Assembly: GCF_009914755.1 (NCBI RefSeq)
Contig: NC_060928.1
Length of the DNA stretch: 64,000 nt
Strand: one strand, 5' to 3'
Source: the human T2T-CHM13v2.0 reference genome, Homo sapiens
Below, one piece after another: positions 12,066 to 25,890 of this stretch. The position numbers were made by a program, and so were the translations under genes. The number at the start of each line of letters is the position of its first letter. The first letter of the stretch is position 1. Under the pieces are notes generated by a model. It did not search any database. It had not been told where the DNA came from and saw only the letters and a program-made list of their open reading frames with translations.

Positions 12066-13898
12066 AATCCATAGTATTTGTCAAGGTTATTTATTGTCCA
12101 ATTTTTTGGTCAGAAATATTTTTGTTTTGATTTTTTCCTTCTGGGTTCTGTCCTTATATTCAGTAAAGACTTCTATACAATGCTGGTTTCAGAGTTGCTC
12201 TACTGGTGTGTTACTGAGCTAGTTCATTGATTGACATTTTTGAAGTAGTTAAAGACAAAAAATACGGGATCCAATTAGACATGGTGGAAATTATAGTGAA
12301 AATGGGGAAACAAGAGCTTGGTTGTGTGTCATTACTACTGTATGTTATACATAGAAGTAAATGTCTTCAATCAAATAATGTTTAATGTGCTCATATTAGT
12401 ATCTGTGTATGACTGGAGCATGTGGGTGGACAGGTTCTTAACAGAATCCCTAATAGTTTCAAATGTGAGTCTAATTAAAATATCAAACAAGTCACTGACA
12501 GGAAAAATAGCATAAGGCCGTTGGAATGTCTATGACTAACTTGGTGAGACCTGTGAGCCTAACAAGATCAGGAGTTGGGAAAATGGTGTCTTTAATGTTC
12601 AATCAACTTTCTGTTAGCTGGGTGCCTTATCCTCAGTACCCACCTGCGCTGTTACATTACAGCACTAACTGCGGTATTATTCCTCTTCATGTAATAAATA
12701 TTTGACAAACATTTATTTAGCACCTACTCTACCTGGCATTTTTCTGAGATCCGGAATGAAGAGATGAAAAAAGCTTGACACTTACTCCCTGTTTTAAAGT
12801 AGAAAAACAGTCAGATAAATGAATAATCACAGTGCAACTTAATAGGTATTCTGATGGACATAAGTACAAATTTCTTTATGCCTTGTTTCCTAGTAGTTTC
12901 TATAGTCATCCTTAGATTGAAAAAAAGACTGATTTTCCAACACAGCTGATAGGTAAAACGGATTTTTTCCAACTCTGCTTGTTGTCCGCTCTACTTTCAG
13001 TTTTTATTGCCTCTAATTACGGCCTCTGGATAATGATATAATCCCCATGTTGTGTCTGACTCAGTGAAGAAATAAATATTTGGAACATTTACATCCAAGA
13101 TGTATTTACTTTTCTTCTTTCCTTTACTAGGAAGACAATTAAAACAGGCTGTCCATCACCACATGTCCTGTATGTTTTATAATCTTATAGACACACTGGT
13201 TGACAAACTGTGGGATTTTTAATTTCTGTAAACTTATGGGGTGCATGAGAAATTTTGTTACATGTATGTAATGCATAGTGATCACATCAGGATATTCAGA
13301 ATGTCCATCACCAGAGTACAATACATTTTTATTAAGTACAGTCATCCTATGCTGCTATCAAACATTAAATTTATTCCATTTATCCTACTGTACATTTATA
13401 CCCTTTAACTCACTTTTCTTCATCCTTTCCCTTCCCTCCCTTTTACCCTTCTCAGTCTCTTATCTATTTTTCCTCTCTCTGCCTCCATGTGTTCAAATTG
13501 TTAGCTTCCACATATAAGTTAGAACATGTGATGTTTGTTTTTTAGTGTCTAGCTCATTTCACTTAAGACAATGACCTCACATTCCACCCATGTTGTTGTA
13601 AATGACATAATTTCATTCTTTTTACGGCTGAATAGTATTCCAGTTGTATATATACATACTTGCTTTATCCATTCTTCCATTGATGGACAATTAGGTTGAT
13701 TCCACATCTTTGCTATTGTGAATAGTCCTGTAATAAATACGTAAGTGCTGGTATTCATTTGATATATTATTTTCCTTTTGGTAGATACACAGAAGTGGGG
13801 TTGCTGGATCAAATGGTAATCCTATTTTTAGTGTTGTGAGACATTTCCATAGTGGCTGTACTAGTTTACATTCCCAAGAACAGTGTATAAAAGTTCTC

Positions 13899-14241
<343 letters not shown>

Positions 14242-17200
14242 TTAATAATAGCCATTCTGACTGGGGTAAGATTATACCTCATCGTGAGCTTTATTTGCAT
14301 TTCTCTGATGATTAGTGATGTTGAACATATTCTCACATACCTGTTGGCCATTTATGTCTTCTTTTGAGAAATTTCTGTCATCTCTTTTGCCCACTTTTTA
14401 ATGGGATTATTTGTGGAGTTTTTTTCATTTTTGTCCTGTTGAGTTGTTTTAGTTGCTTGAATATTCTGGTTATTGGTACCTTTTGGAAGAATAATTCACA
14501 AATATTTTCTTCCATTTGGCAGGTTGCTTCTTCTCTCTGTTGAGTATTTCTTTTGCTGTGCAGAAGCATTTATTTCAAGTAAGTGCAGTGTGTTTATTTT
14601 ATTTTTGTTGCCTGTGCTTTTGAATCTTAGTCATAAATTATTTGCCTAAACCAATGTACAGGAGAGTTTTGCCTAGATTTTCTTCTAGTATTTTTATAGT
14701 TTCAGCTCTTATATTTAAGTCTTTAATTAATTTTGTGTAGTTTTTTTGTATATGGTGAGAGATAGGGGTCCAGTTTCATTTTTCTGCATGTGGCCATCCA
14801 GTTTTCCTAACACTATTTATTGAACAGTGTATCCTCCCCTAAATGTATATTTTTGTCAGCTTTGTCAATGATCAATAGGCTGTAAATATGTGGCTTCATT
14901 TCTGGCTTCTCTATTCTATTCCATTGCTCAATGTGTCTATTTTTATGCCAATGCCATGCTGTTTTGGTTATTATAACCTGGTAATATATTTTGAAGTCAG
15001 ATAATGTGATGCCTCCTACTTTGTTCTTTTTGTTCAGGATTTCTTAGGGTATTGAGGGTCTTTTTTCATTCCATATACGTTTTAGTAATTTTTTAAGTTC
15101 TGTGAAGAATGGCATCAGTATTGCTTTGAATCTGTAGATTTTTTGGGGCAACATGGTCATTTAAATAATATTAATACTTCTGATCCATAAGCATATAAAG
15201 TGTCTTTCCATTTGTTTCTGTCATCTTCAATTTATTTCATCAGTGTTCTATAGATTTCCTTGTCAAGAACTTTCACCTCCTTGGTTAAATTTATTCCTAG
15301 GTACTTTAATTTTGTTGCTGTTGTTGATAACTATCGTAAATGGGATTGCCATCTTTATTTCATTCTTAGCTAGATCAGTATTTGTGTATAGAAGGCTACT
15401 AATTTTTGTACATTGATTTTGAATCCTATAATTTTACTGAGTTCATTTATCACATCTAAGGCTTTTTTTGTTGTAGTCATTAGGTTTTTCTACATATAAG
15501 ACCATATCATCTGTAAAGAGGGACAATTTGACTTCCTCTTTTCCAATCTGGATGGCTTTTATTTATTTCTCTTGCCTGATTCCCCTGGGTGGGGCTTACA
15601 TTACTATGTTGAAGAGGAGTAACGAAAATGGTCATCTTTGTCTTGTTTTAGATCTTAGAGAAAAGGCATTCTCTTTTTCTCCATTCAGCATTATGTTGGC
15701 TCTGAGTTTGTCATATATGGCTTTTGTTATTTTAAGGTATGTTTCTTCTATGCATATTTGTAAACAGTATTTATCATGATAGGACACTTCATTTTATCAA
15801 ATGATTTTTCTGCACTCATTGAGATTATCATATCGTTTTTATACTTCATTCTGTTGAAGTAATATATCACATTTATTGATTTGTGTATATCAAACCATTT
15901 TGGCATCCCTGGTATGAATCTCACCTGATTATAGTGTATTATCTTTTTGATGTACTGTTTTATTCAGTTTGCTAGTGTTTTGTTGAGGATTTGACATCTC
16001 TGTTCATCGGGTATATTGGCTTGTAGTTTTCTTTTTATGTTGTGTCCTTGTCTGGTTTTATTGTCAGAGTAATGCCGGCTTCATAGAATATGGGTAATTT
16101 CCTCCTCTTTAAGTATTTGGAATAGTTTCAAGTGGATTGGTATTAGTTCTCCTTTGTACATTTGGTAGAATTTGGCTGTTTATCCATCTGGTTCTGGGTT
16201 TTCCTTTTTGGGGATACTTTTTATTACTGATTCAATCTAGCTACTCATTTTTGGTCTGTTTGTATTTTCTATTCCTTCCCGATTCAGTCTTGGTAGGTTG
16301 TGTGTTTCCAAGAATTTATTCATTTCCTATAGGTTTCCCTGATGGTCGGTCTATAGTTATTCATAATACTCTGTGATTATCTTTTGTATTTCTATGGTAT
16401 CAGTTGCAATATCTCCTTTTTCATTTCTAATTTTGTTTATTCAGATTTTCTCTTCTCTCTTCTTGGTTAATCAGTTAGGGATTTTCAATTTTGTTTATCT
16501 TTTTTAATAACCAACTCTTTTGTTGATCCTTTGTATTTTTTTGTCCCTATTACCTTTAGTTCTGCTCTGATCTTTATTTGTTTTCTTCTATTATATTTGG
16601 CTTTGGTTTGTTCTTGATTTTCTGGTTCCTACAGGTGCATTGCTAGATTGTTAGTTTGTGATTATTCTCCTATTAATGTAGGCTTTTATTCCTGTAATCT
16701 TCCCTCTTAGCACTGTGTATCCCACAGGTTTTAGTATGTTGTATTTCCATTTTCTTCTTTTTAAGGAATTTTTAAATTTCCATTTTAATTCCTTTCTTCT
16801 CCCAATCATCATTCAAGAGCATGTTCTTTAATTTCCATGATTTTCTATTATTTCCAGTGTTCCTGTTGGTATTGATTTTTCATTTTATTTCATTTTGATT
16901 TGAGAACATTCTTAATATAATTTTGATTTTTAAAAATTTGTTGAGACTTGTTTTGTGGCCTTACATATGTTCTATTCTGGATAATAGTCCATGATTTTAT
17001 AGAAAGAAGATATATTCTGCTGTTACTGGATAAAATGTTCCATTAATGTCTCTTAGGTCTATTTGGTCTAAAGTCCAGTTTAAACCCAATGTTTCCTTGT
17101 TTATTTTCATCAAGATGATCTGTTTAATGCTGGGAAAGGGTGTTGACGTCCCCTACTTTATTGTATTGCAGTCTTTCTTTGTTTTGATCTAGTAATATTT

Positions 17201-17305
17201 GCTTTGTGTAGCTGAGTGCTCCAGTACCGGATGCATATATAGTAAGAATTGTTACATTCTCTTGCTGGATTGATCCCTTTGTCATTGTATAGTAATCTTC
17301 TTTGT

Positions 17306-18566
17306 TGAAACTGCCATCAGAGTGAATAGGAAACCTACAGAATCGGAGAAAATTTTTGCAATCTACCCATCTGACAAAGGGCTAATATCCAGAATCCACA
17401 GTGAACTTAAACAAATTTACAAGAAAAAAATCAAACAACCCCATCAAAAAGTGGACAAAGCATATGAACAGACACTTCTCAAAAGAAGACATTTATGCAG
17501 CCAACAGACACATGAAAAAATGCTCATCATCACTGGCCATCAGAGAAATGCAAATCAAAACCACAATGAGATACCATCTCACACCAGTTAGAACGGCGAT
17601 CATTAAAAAGTCAGGAAACAACAGGTGCTGGAGAGGATGTGGAGAAATAGGAATGCTTTTACACTGTTGGTGGGAGTGTAAACTAGTTCAACCATTGTGG
17701 AAGACAGTGTGGCAATTCCTCAAGAATCTAGAACTAGAAATACCATTTGACCCAGCCATCCCATTACTAGGTATATACCCAAAAGATTATAAATCATGCT
17801 ACTATACAGACACATGCACACGTATGTTTATTGCAGGACTATTCACACAATAGCAAAGACTTGGAACCAACCTAAATGTCCATCAATGATAGACTGGATT
17901 AAGAAAATGTGGCACATATAAACCATGGAGTACTACTATGCAGTCATAAAAAAGGATGAGTTCATGTCCTTTGCAGCGACATGGATGAAGCTGGAAACCA
18001 TCATTCTCAGCAAACTATTGCAAGGACAGAAAACCAAACACTGCATGTTCTCACTCATAGGTGGGAATTGAACAATGAGAACACTTGGACACAGGGAGCG
18101 GAACATCACACACCAGGGCCTGTCGTGGGGTAGGGGGAGGGGGGAGGGATAGCATTAGGAGAAATACCTAATGTAAATGATGAGTTAATGAGTGCAGCAA
18201 ACCAACACGGCACATGTATACCTATGCAACAAACCTGCACGTTGTGCACATGTACCCTAGAACTTAAAGTATAATAATAATAAAAAAAAAACCACAGACC
18301 AATGAAAGTTCAGAATTGCCAGTGGATACACAATTAACTAAGTATTGAGTTATTCATTACCAATCAAAATTAAGTGCTATTTAAGCACCCAAACAAATGG
18401 CAATTATTTACATTTGAGTTGAGTGACTATAGATAACAAACTGTCCAAACATTTTTTAAGTGTTTGTTCTTTAGGACCCTCAGAGACTATAATAAAATGG
18501 AACACGTTTATATAGATAAATACTACATTATGTTTGTACAAATAAACAGAATTCAAAAATAATAAT
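17306..18566 (+). mobile_element. 5'-truncated L1PA (PA5-7-like) with a 3'-transduced segment
   Basis: ORF2 C-terminus (17401-17853), 3'UTR, tail 18276-18291, extra ~260 nt, second tail; TSD 17291-17305 / 18567-18581. Confidence 0.9.
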
Positions 18567-20179
18567 AATAATCTTCTCTGTCTTTTTTACTGTTCTTCAC
18601 TTAAAGTCTCTGTTATATAAGTATAGCTACTTCTGCTTGATTTTGGTTTTCACTTGCGTGTAATATGCTTTTCTATCTCTTTACTTTCAGTCTGTATGTG
18701 GCTTTACTGGCAAGGTGAGTTTCACGTAAGCAGTATATAGCTGAATCATGTTTTTTAAATTTATTCTGCCATTCTATATATTTTAAGAGCAGAATTTAAT
18801 CCATTTATGTTCAAGGTTGTTATTGATATATGAGGCTATGTTCCTGTCATATTGTTAACTATTTTTTGCTTGTTTTATATATTCTTTGTTCCTTTCTTTT
18901 TGTCTTATAGTTTTCTCTTGTGGATTGGTGGATTTCTGTAGTGTTATCATTTGCATCCTTTCCCTTCCTCTTGTGTATGATTGCTTCACCAGTGAGTTTT
19001 ATAGTTTAGTGTGTTTTCATGATGGTAAATGTCACCCTTTCACTTCTAGCTTTAGAATTCCTTTGAGTATTTCTTTCAGAGCTAGTCTAGTGGTAATGAA
19101 ATCCTTCAGCATTTGTTTCTCTGTGAATGACTTTATCTCACCTTCATTTATAAAGGAAAATTTTGCTAGATGTAGTATTCTTGGGTGGAAGATTTTTTCC
19201 TCCAACATTTTGAGTATATCTTCCCATTCTCTTCTGATGTGGAAGTATTATGTTGAGAAATCCACTGTTAGTCTGATGGGGTTTTCTTTATAGGTAGCTG
19301 AACACTTTTCTCTTGCTGTTTCTAGAATTTGTTTTTAACTTTGACTTTAGACACCCATAGGGAAAACCTGTTTGCATTTTATCTGTCTGGGCACATTGAA
19401 CCACCTGAATCTGAATGTCTAAATCTCTTGCTAGATTTGGAAATTTTCATCTATTTTTGCATTGAATAGATTTTCTAATCTTTTCTTTGTTTCTTCACCC
19501 TCAGGTATACTGATAATTTGTTTATTTTTTCATTTTATATTGTCTCAAATATCACAAAGCCTTTGCTCTTTCTTTATTATGTTTTCTTTATTTTTATCTA
19601 ACTGAATTATTTCAAAAGGCCTGTCTTCAAATTTTAACATTTTTTCTTCTGCTTGAGCTAGCCTATTATTGACACTTTTAAACGTATTTTATATTTCCTT
19701 TAATGAATTCTTAAGTTCTAAGCTTTTTATTTGGTTTGTATTAAAAATATCTACCTTTTCAGTAAATTTATCATTTGCATTCTGATTTTTAAAAATTTAT
19801 TTCTATTGTCTTTCAGAATTCTCGAAAATATCACTGAGTATCCTTAAAAAATCAATATTTTGAATTCCTTATTTGGAACTTTGAAAATTTCTTTTTGATC
19901 AAGATATATGCTAGAGAATTAATGTTTTCCTTTTGAGGTGTTATATTTTCTTGCTTTTTTATGTTTCCTGTATCCTTATATTGATTTCTGGGTATGTGGT
20001 ATAAAAGGAAATTTTCCTATTTTGGAATTTTCTTTAGTAGGGGATAACTTTTTTCTGAAGATGTATTTATGGTGTTTGGTGGGTCAAGTACTTTGGCTTT
20101 GATTCTGGGTGCATGGAGTACCATAGTCTGTGTGATTACTTTGGCTGTAAACATCATTAGTTGTATCTGTAATGTCCCC

Positions 20180-20312
20180 TATACTACACTAGGTGTACAA
20201 TAGGTTATACCATCTAGATTTATGTAAGTGCATACTACGGTGTTCGAACAATGACAAAATCACCTAATGAGGCATTTCTCAGAATGTAGTCCTATTATTA
20301 AGTACTGCATTT
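20180..20312. mobile_element. Tigger3-like DNA transposon terminal fragment
   Basis: TGTAAGTGCATACT..AAAATCACCTAATGAGGCATTTCTCAGAATGTA resembles the Tigger3 terminus. Confidence 0.65.
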
Positions 20313-21080
20313 TTGAGCATCTGCATCCAACCCAATAGCTGTTGCGGAACTTGCAAGTGGTGGAGCCAGGTTAGCCCATTATTCTGACTGGAGAGGATGT
20401 GCTTTTAGCTGGGTCATAACTATCTCATAAAATTGTTTATTCCTGCATGCAAAACACTTTATATGCTTGGCATATTAAAAGTGATTAATAAATTTGAACT
20501 ATTATCATGCTATATAAAGAATGATACAGATCATAACTTGTGAATTTTGTTGGCCATATTGTGAAATACCAAAGTGTGAAACAAAACAAGAAGGGAAGAA
20601 GTAAAGCTTTTATCCACAGCAATTATGTTCAAATTAATAATATATAACAACAAATAAATAGAAATTGTTATTCTTATGTTAATACTTTTGTAGTAACAAA
20701 ATTAATTTTGTTAATGAAAATTTTGTAGGTATAAATTTTAGGGGTTAAGAAATGAATGGAAATTTTGTTGATTAAAAAAAGAATTAGTAGTCTAGTAAAG
20801 GTTAAGTTCTACATTGTACTTACTTACAAGGTCAATACTAATGCTAGAATTGTAACCATGTAGATGTTAACTAAATGCTAATATATACAAACATGTCAGG
20901 GTAAAACATTTAACCTCAAGAATTTTTTTTCCTTTCTTTCTTTCTTGTTTCAAAAAATATCACAGGTTTTTTAATGGGATACATTAATTCATTTCCATCA
21001 TCTATTTTTTATTCTACCAGGGGTAAATATATACACTTTAAAGTAAAAAAGCAGAGTTCACAAGACTTACATTCTACAAC

Positions 21081-22522
21081 TTTATTATTTTTAGGGTTTG
21101 AAGGCTAAAACAAACATCAGAAGAAACTTTCAGAAGATGTTTTAAGCAAGACATAATAGCACTAAGACACTAAAAGACCCTATTAAGTTCCTGAACATAC
21201 TAACAAAAATTTATTGAGCAAGTATTTTGCGCTGGGCTCTGTGTGATTCCTAATATCATTAACCATTATTAAATCTGTTTATTATCATCAGCATGTCTAG
21301 TCTTACAGTAGAGTGGGGTTGGAAAAATCAACAAAGATGTGTTTCAATAGAAATTTTCAAATAAATAAAGGGAAAGTGCACTACAATGTTTAGCCAAGGA
21401 TTGGGGGTAAAACATATATTATATATTGAAGCATGGCTTGCTTATTTTCACCTTCTTTCTGTTATCTTTTATCCAGCATTCTCAGAATAAAATGAGATTT
21501 TTGAAACAGAATAGAACTTAGATCAAAATTTTAATACAGTAAGAATAAGTATCCTGGATAAATAAGAATCTGAGAAAGTCAAGACTTCAAAATCCTCCCC
21601 TTCCAGTGAAAAGCGTTAGCAGAAAGTTAACAAATTAACCAGATGAATTCATCAACTTTCAACATTTTCTGTACAATTTTATTGATTCTGGGAGCATCTG
21701 GGTCCAGGCAGATTTTTTCTCCCATCTTACAGAGTGGCTCTGCAAGAGAGAATAGAATTATCTGTGGGTGTCCTGGCCTGAATATCAGAAAGGATCTGTG
21801 AGACTGGAGGAAATGAATGCAGATGGGGATGGAGGTAGAGGGCTTCCCTGATGAGGCGATAGCACAGAAGCAGTGGCTTACATTACTTCGTCTTTGCTGC
21901 AATGGGGTCCTGCTGAGACCAACTCCAAATTGTGGATGTTTCTGGGATGAAGTACAAAGGTTGACTTCACATACACGCAGCGCAGTTCAGTGTACAAGTC
22001 ACTGTCTACACTTACAGCTGGGGTAAAAAGTGATCTATTAGTGGTCGTGAATATTTTTCTCAGTTCTCTCAATTGTAAATTGAAGGTAATTGTACCTCTC
22101 TCATAAAGCCATTGTGAATATGATCTGTAAAGCTTTAGTAAAGTGCCCAGCAGAATGCCCAGCAAATGTGAAGTGCCCCCTCTCTGTGACCCCTCCACTT
22201 GGATTTGTTGTTATAATGGCACTCTCCAGCCCCAGGAGCACCAAGCCAGTCTTTCTCCCAGATACAGGTATAGCAGAAGCAGCAACAGGTGCAAGGAACA
22301 GATCTCTACATTTCCTTTTCCCTATGTTTCTCTTAGTTTGTCCATTGGTGGAGGAACCCAGAACAGTCAACAGCAGCACCTGCAGGGCACAAAGTGATCT
22401 GGCACAGCTGCAGGGTGGCATTGAGTCTGAGGCTTATGGTGCAGAAGCCGAAGTTAAAGATGTTTCTAGAGCCTGAAGACTTCCTCTTGAGGGTGAGTTG
22501 CTGCCTACAAGTCTGCAGTTAA
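21081..22522 (-). pseudogene. PPBPP2: Unprocessed PPBP (CXCL7) pseudogene; exons ~22522-22310, 22017-21882, 21739-~21081
   Basis: Clear homology to PPBP (ALQVLLL..SSTNGQTKRN / DSDLYTELRC / KICLDPDAPRINKIVQK). Lesions: ATG>ATA (22435-22437), an exon 1 frameshift, CXC>CVY, TAA at 21727-21729 and a +1 A in exon 3. All four splice sites are GT/AG. The symbol is assigned from its position next to CXCL3. The 3' end is uncertain (AATAAA at 21278, 21210, 21081). Confidence 0.88.
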
Positions 22523-22548
22523 GTGGCTTTTCATACCCCTTGATGTCA

Positions 22549-22616
22549 TTTATATGCTCTCCCTTGAAGTCAGTAAGGAGAAAGAGGTAGGGAAGGGGGA
22601 AGTGAGGGTATGTGGT
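22549..22616 (-). promoter_or_regulatory. Retained PPBP-type proximal promoter: TATAAA, ETS/PU.1-like GGGGAAGTG, RUNX TGTGGT
   Basis: TTTATA at 22549-22554; GGAAGT at 22598-22603; TGTGGT at 22611-22616. Confidence 0.6.
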
Positions 22617-23170
22617 GATACACACACACAAGCTTGTCAAGCTGTGCCCAACACAGGTCAAAATTCCTACTAAGTTGCATGTTATGCATCACTTCACATT
22701 CCCACTCTCCCTTTCTCAATACCTATCTCCCTTACACATGTGTAAGGACTCTACTTAGGAAGGTAAGAACTAGACTGAAACACTACATATATTTTCTTTG
22801 TATGAGCCTGTAACAATATGTGCTGTCTTTCCTACAACACAGTTTATAGGCTTTGTTTATAGGCTCCTATAGACACTTTAGGGGCACCTGAAACCACAAA
22901 TATATGGCCCTGCGCCAAAGACAGCAGATGTTCTTTGGGACCGTATGGATAAAATAAGAGCCAATTATCATCAGAGGCTTACTTTGGATTTTAGCTTACT
23001 GAATTCTTTCTGCCTTAGAAATAAATTTTATAATTTTATCAAGAAACTACAAACAAAACTCATTCTCTCTTTTGTTTTTTTTTTTTTTTTTTTAGTTTTC
23101 AAGCCAATTTTTCTTATTGTTGAACAATTATTCACTATGCCTACTGAAGTTATTTGGAACTGTTTTTAAG

Positions 23171-23670
23171 TGTGATAACCTACAGGTCACATTTTACAGT
23201 TTACATTATAAGTAAGCAGACTTCCAAATTAACCCACCTTGGAAAGGTTTGGTGACTTGATGTTGACATTCTATCTCTGAGTAAAGCATTTTATTATGAG
23301 TTCCTCAGATTGTTGACGTACTGATTAATGTAGAACCTGATGACACTGAATAGGACCATGATTTATTTCTAAGTTACACTGAAACAAGAAGTTTTCTGAT
23401 TGTTTTGCACGTAGACATTTAGCCTGTATGTAGTAATCTAATGATTGTAACTCCTTTATTTTATCCTCCGATGAAAAAGAGGACAACTCTGGTATGAGGA
23501 GCCTTCCTCTCTTCTTCTAAACTTTCCCATAAAGCCCTTTTAGCTTATGAAAGACTCTAGAACACCCCCAACTTTGTTGATGTGTCTTTCCAGGTCTGTC
23601 TTCCCATTTGGCTTTCAATAAACTTTTCTAAAATTATTTATGCCTCCACAGAAATAATTTCAGTAGATAA
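23171..23670 (+). mobile_element. ERV1-type solo LTR, subfamily not resolved
   Basis: Begins TGTGATAACC, has AATAAA at ~23617 and an LTR-like 3' end; ~500 bp. Confidence 0.5.
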
Positions 23671-25644
23671 ATGTATTTCTTATTTTTTCCACCCTACTTA
23701 ATTTTTTCTTATAAATTAGAGTTTAGCAGTAGAAAATATTGAACTAAAATAATTTTTCTTCCCATCTCAACACAGAACTGTCTAGTCTTAAGCAAGCTTA
23801 AAAGAAGGGCACAAGCTGAGAGTTTGGCTTCTTCTGAGAGCTGAGATATGGAGTCAATAGCAAAGAGAAGCTCAGCAGGACACAGAATGAGGAGAACAGG
23901 CTTCTTTCTAGCTCCTCCTGCAGGATGACTTTACAACCTTTTCTTGTTATTGAGATTGAGATATTGTGAATTCTCAAGTCAGATACATTTTCATTCAATC
24001 ATAAAATCAAAGCTATCTCCAGAGCAAGATATAAAGGTCTTTAGCACTATTCATAGTATCTTTCATTTTCTGTTCAACCCCTTAAACACATTGTTGAGAA
24101 TATTTATTAGCTTCACTGGACACTTTTTTTCTTTCCATACTAACCCTATGCAGATTTCTTTCCTCGTTCATTAGTAAGATTTCCAAAAAGTTCCTAATCC
24201 TTTTGAGGAAACTACAGGAAAAGTCTCCTGAAGTAATGATGTTTTTGAGTGAGTTGACAGTAGGAAAGAGGTAGGCATGGATCACAGTATCTTTGAGTAA
24301 TTGCCTTAATCAGCAAATGTGGCTTGTCACAAAAGACACATCATCAGCAAGGGTCATGAGGAAGTAGTAACAAATTTCATGAGTCATCAAAATTGTATAA
24401 GCCTATTAGTCAGCTTTTAATATAAAACAACTTTTTGCTAATTTTCATTAACTCAAAAAATATTGATTAAGCATCAATTATGTGCCAGGCTTTATGAAGT
24501 TCGCTTCTTTGCATGACTTAGTCATTTTAACTATTTCTTTTTTAAAAGCGAGGCCTAAAAACTTTGTGCAAAGTAATGGGCTATGAGTCATACTCTACTA
24601 TTACGACAATGATGACAACTGCTACTGTTAACTGCTATTACTATCATTTGCATCATTCCCTTCAATTTCCAAGATCAGAAACACTATACACACAGTGATA
24701 AACTGTACAAAAATGGTTAAAAGATATTTTTTAAATGAGTAATTCAGTTGAAAGCAATTAGCTTATACAAAATTATGATTTAAATAAATGCTAGAAGTAG
24801 AAAAAAAGTCAGGTTTTTTGGTTTTAAAATAACTTCACAGCCTTTTTATAAATCTTGCATTGTCACTGTGGCTTTGTGTATGTGTGTATATTGCAGGAGG
24901 TAAGTTATTTTATCTCTTTTCACTTTAAGTCATATAAATGCAGAGTCATTCAGGAAACAAGCAAGTTATCTAAGACCTAAAGCACATCTTATGTTAGCTA
25001 TTTTAAAACAAAATTATCTAGAGACACTGCAGGACCACTATTCATAAAATTCAGACATAGACTAGCTCTTTTCTGCCTCACACAGCACATTCTTAACACA
25101 CTTTTCCCAAATCCTTTCAAGTATGAAGGAAATAGACTGCCACCTGCAAATGCAAATTAATCACAAAAACAATTGCTTCAGAAAATGCTTAGGGATAGTA
25201 CAATTTTCTATAAGTTTGTTAAAGTATCTTAATCAATAAATTAAAATATTAACCAGCAAAAGATTTTCTATAAGTGCTGAAACCAAACGTGCTTTCTGTG
25301 TAACTGTTAGTTGATAAGAATTGTTCAGATGTCAATTACTCTGGCACTCAAGTTAATTGAGGTTTTACTGTCTACTGCCCACAGGTGAAGCATGGGCTGA
25401 AAGTGGGAGGAGAGTGGGGAGGGTGAAGGAGTTGAGGGGGAAGTATCTTTCTGGGTACTATTACATACAAGTACTTCAAAGTTTTGCAGGCTTCAGAATT
25501 TATACTTTAAATTATGTTGATAAATGCCATTTATTGAATCTCAAATGTATGAAAGGTACACAGTTTCTCTACATACTCATTCATTTGAGGAAATTCTAGC
25601 ATAATGTTGTTCTAGAGCCTGCAAACACATTCAATTGTTACCAA

Positions 25645-25890
25645 GTACCATTAATCCTCTTTTATTTGTAATAAGTCAACCTTACTTTCTGTGGCTTAAA
25701 ATAAATATATTATTTCTGATATATCTGCATGTTAATGTGAGGTTCTTCGGTTAAGCTCACTTCAGTGAGCGCAGTCGGAAGCAACTGAAATGGTTAAAAA
25801 TAAAAAATGGCCTCATTCACATGGGAGGTGGTTGGTGTTGGCTGTTGGCTGAGATTTCCCCTGGGGTACTTGGGTCCTTCTCCGCCTCTT
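25645..25890 (-). mobile_element. Old MaLR (MLT1-type) LTR fragment
   Basis: GTGGCTTAAAATAAA..AAAATGGCCTCATTCACATG..GGCTGTTGGCTG motif order. Confidence 0.5.

Noticed and set aside
17401-17853. 150-aa ORF
   Set aside because: C-terminal fragment of L1 ORF2 in a 5'-truncated element.
21627-21726. Exon 3 frame encoding KICLDPDAPRINKIVQK as a route to a full-length PPBP-like protein
   Set aside because: It is shifted +1 relative to the spliced frame and follows TAA; I found no adjacent AG acceptor that restores it.
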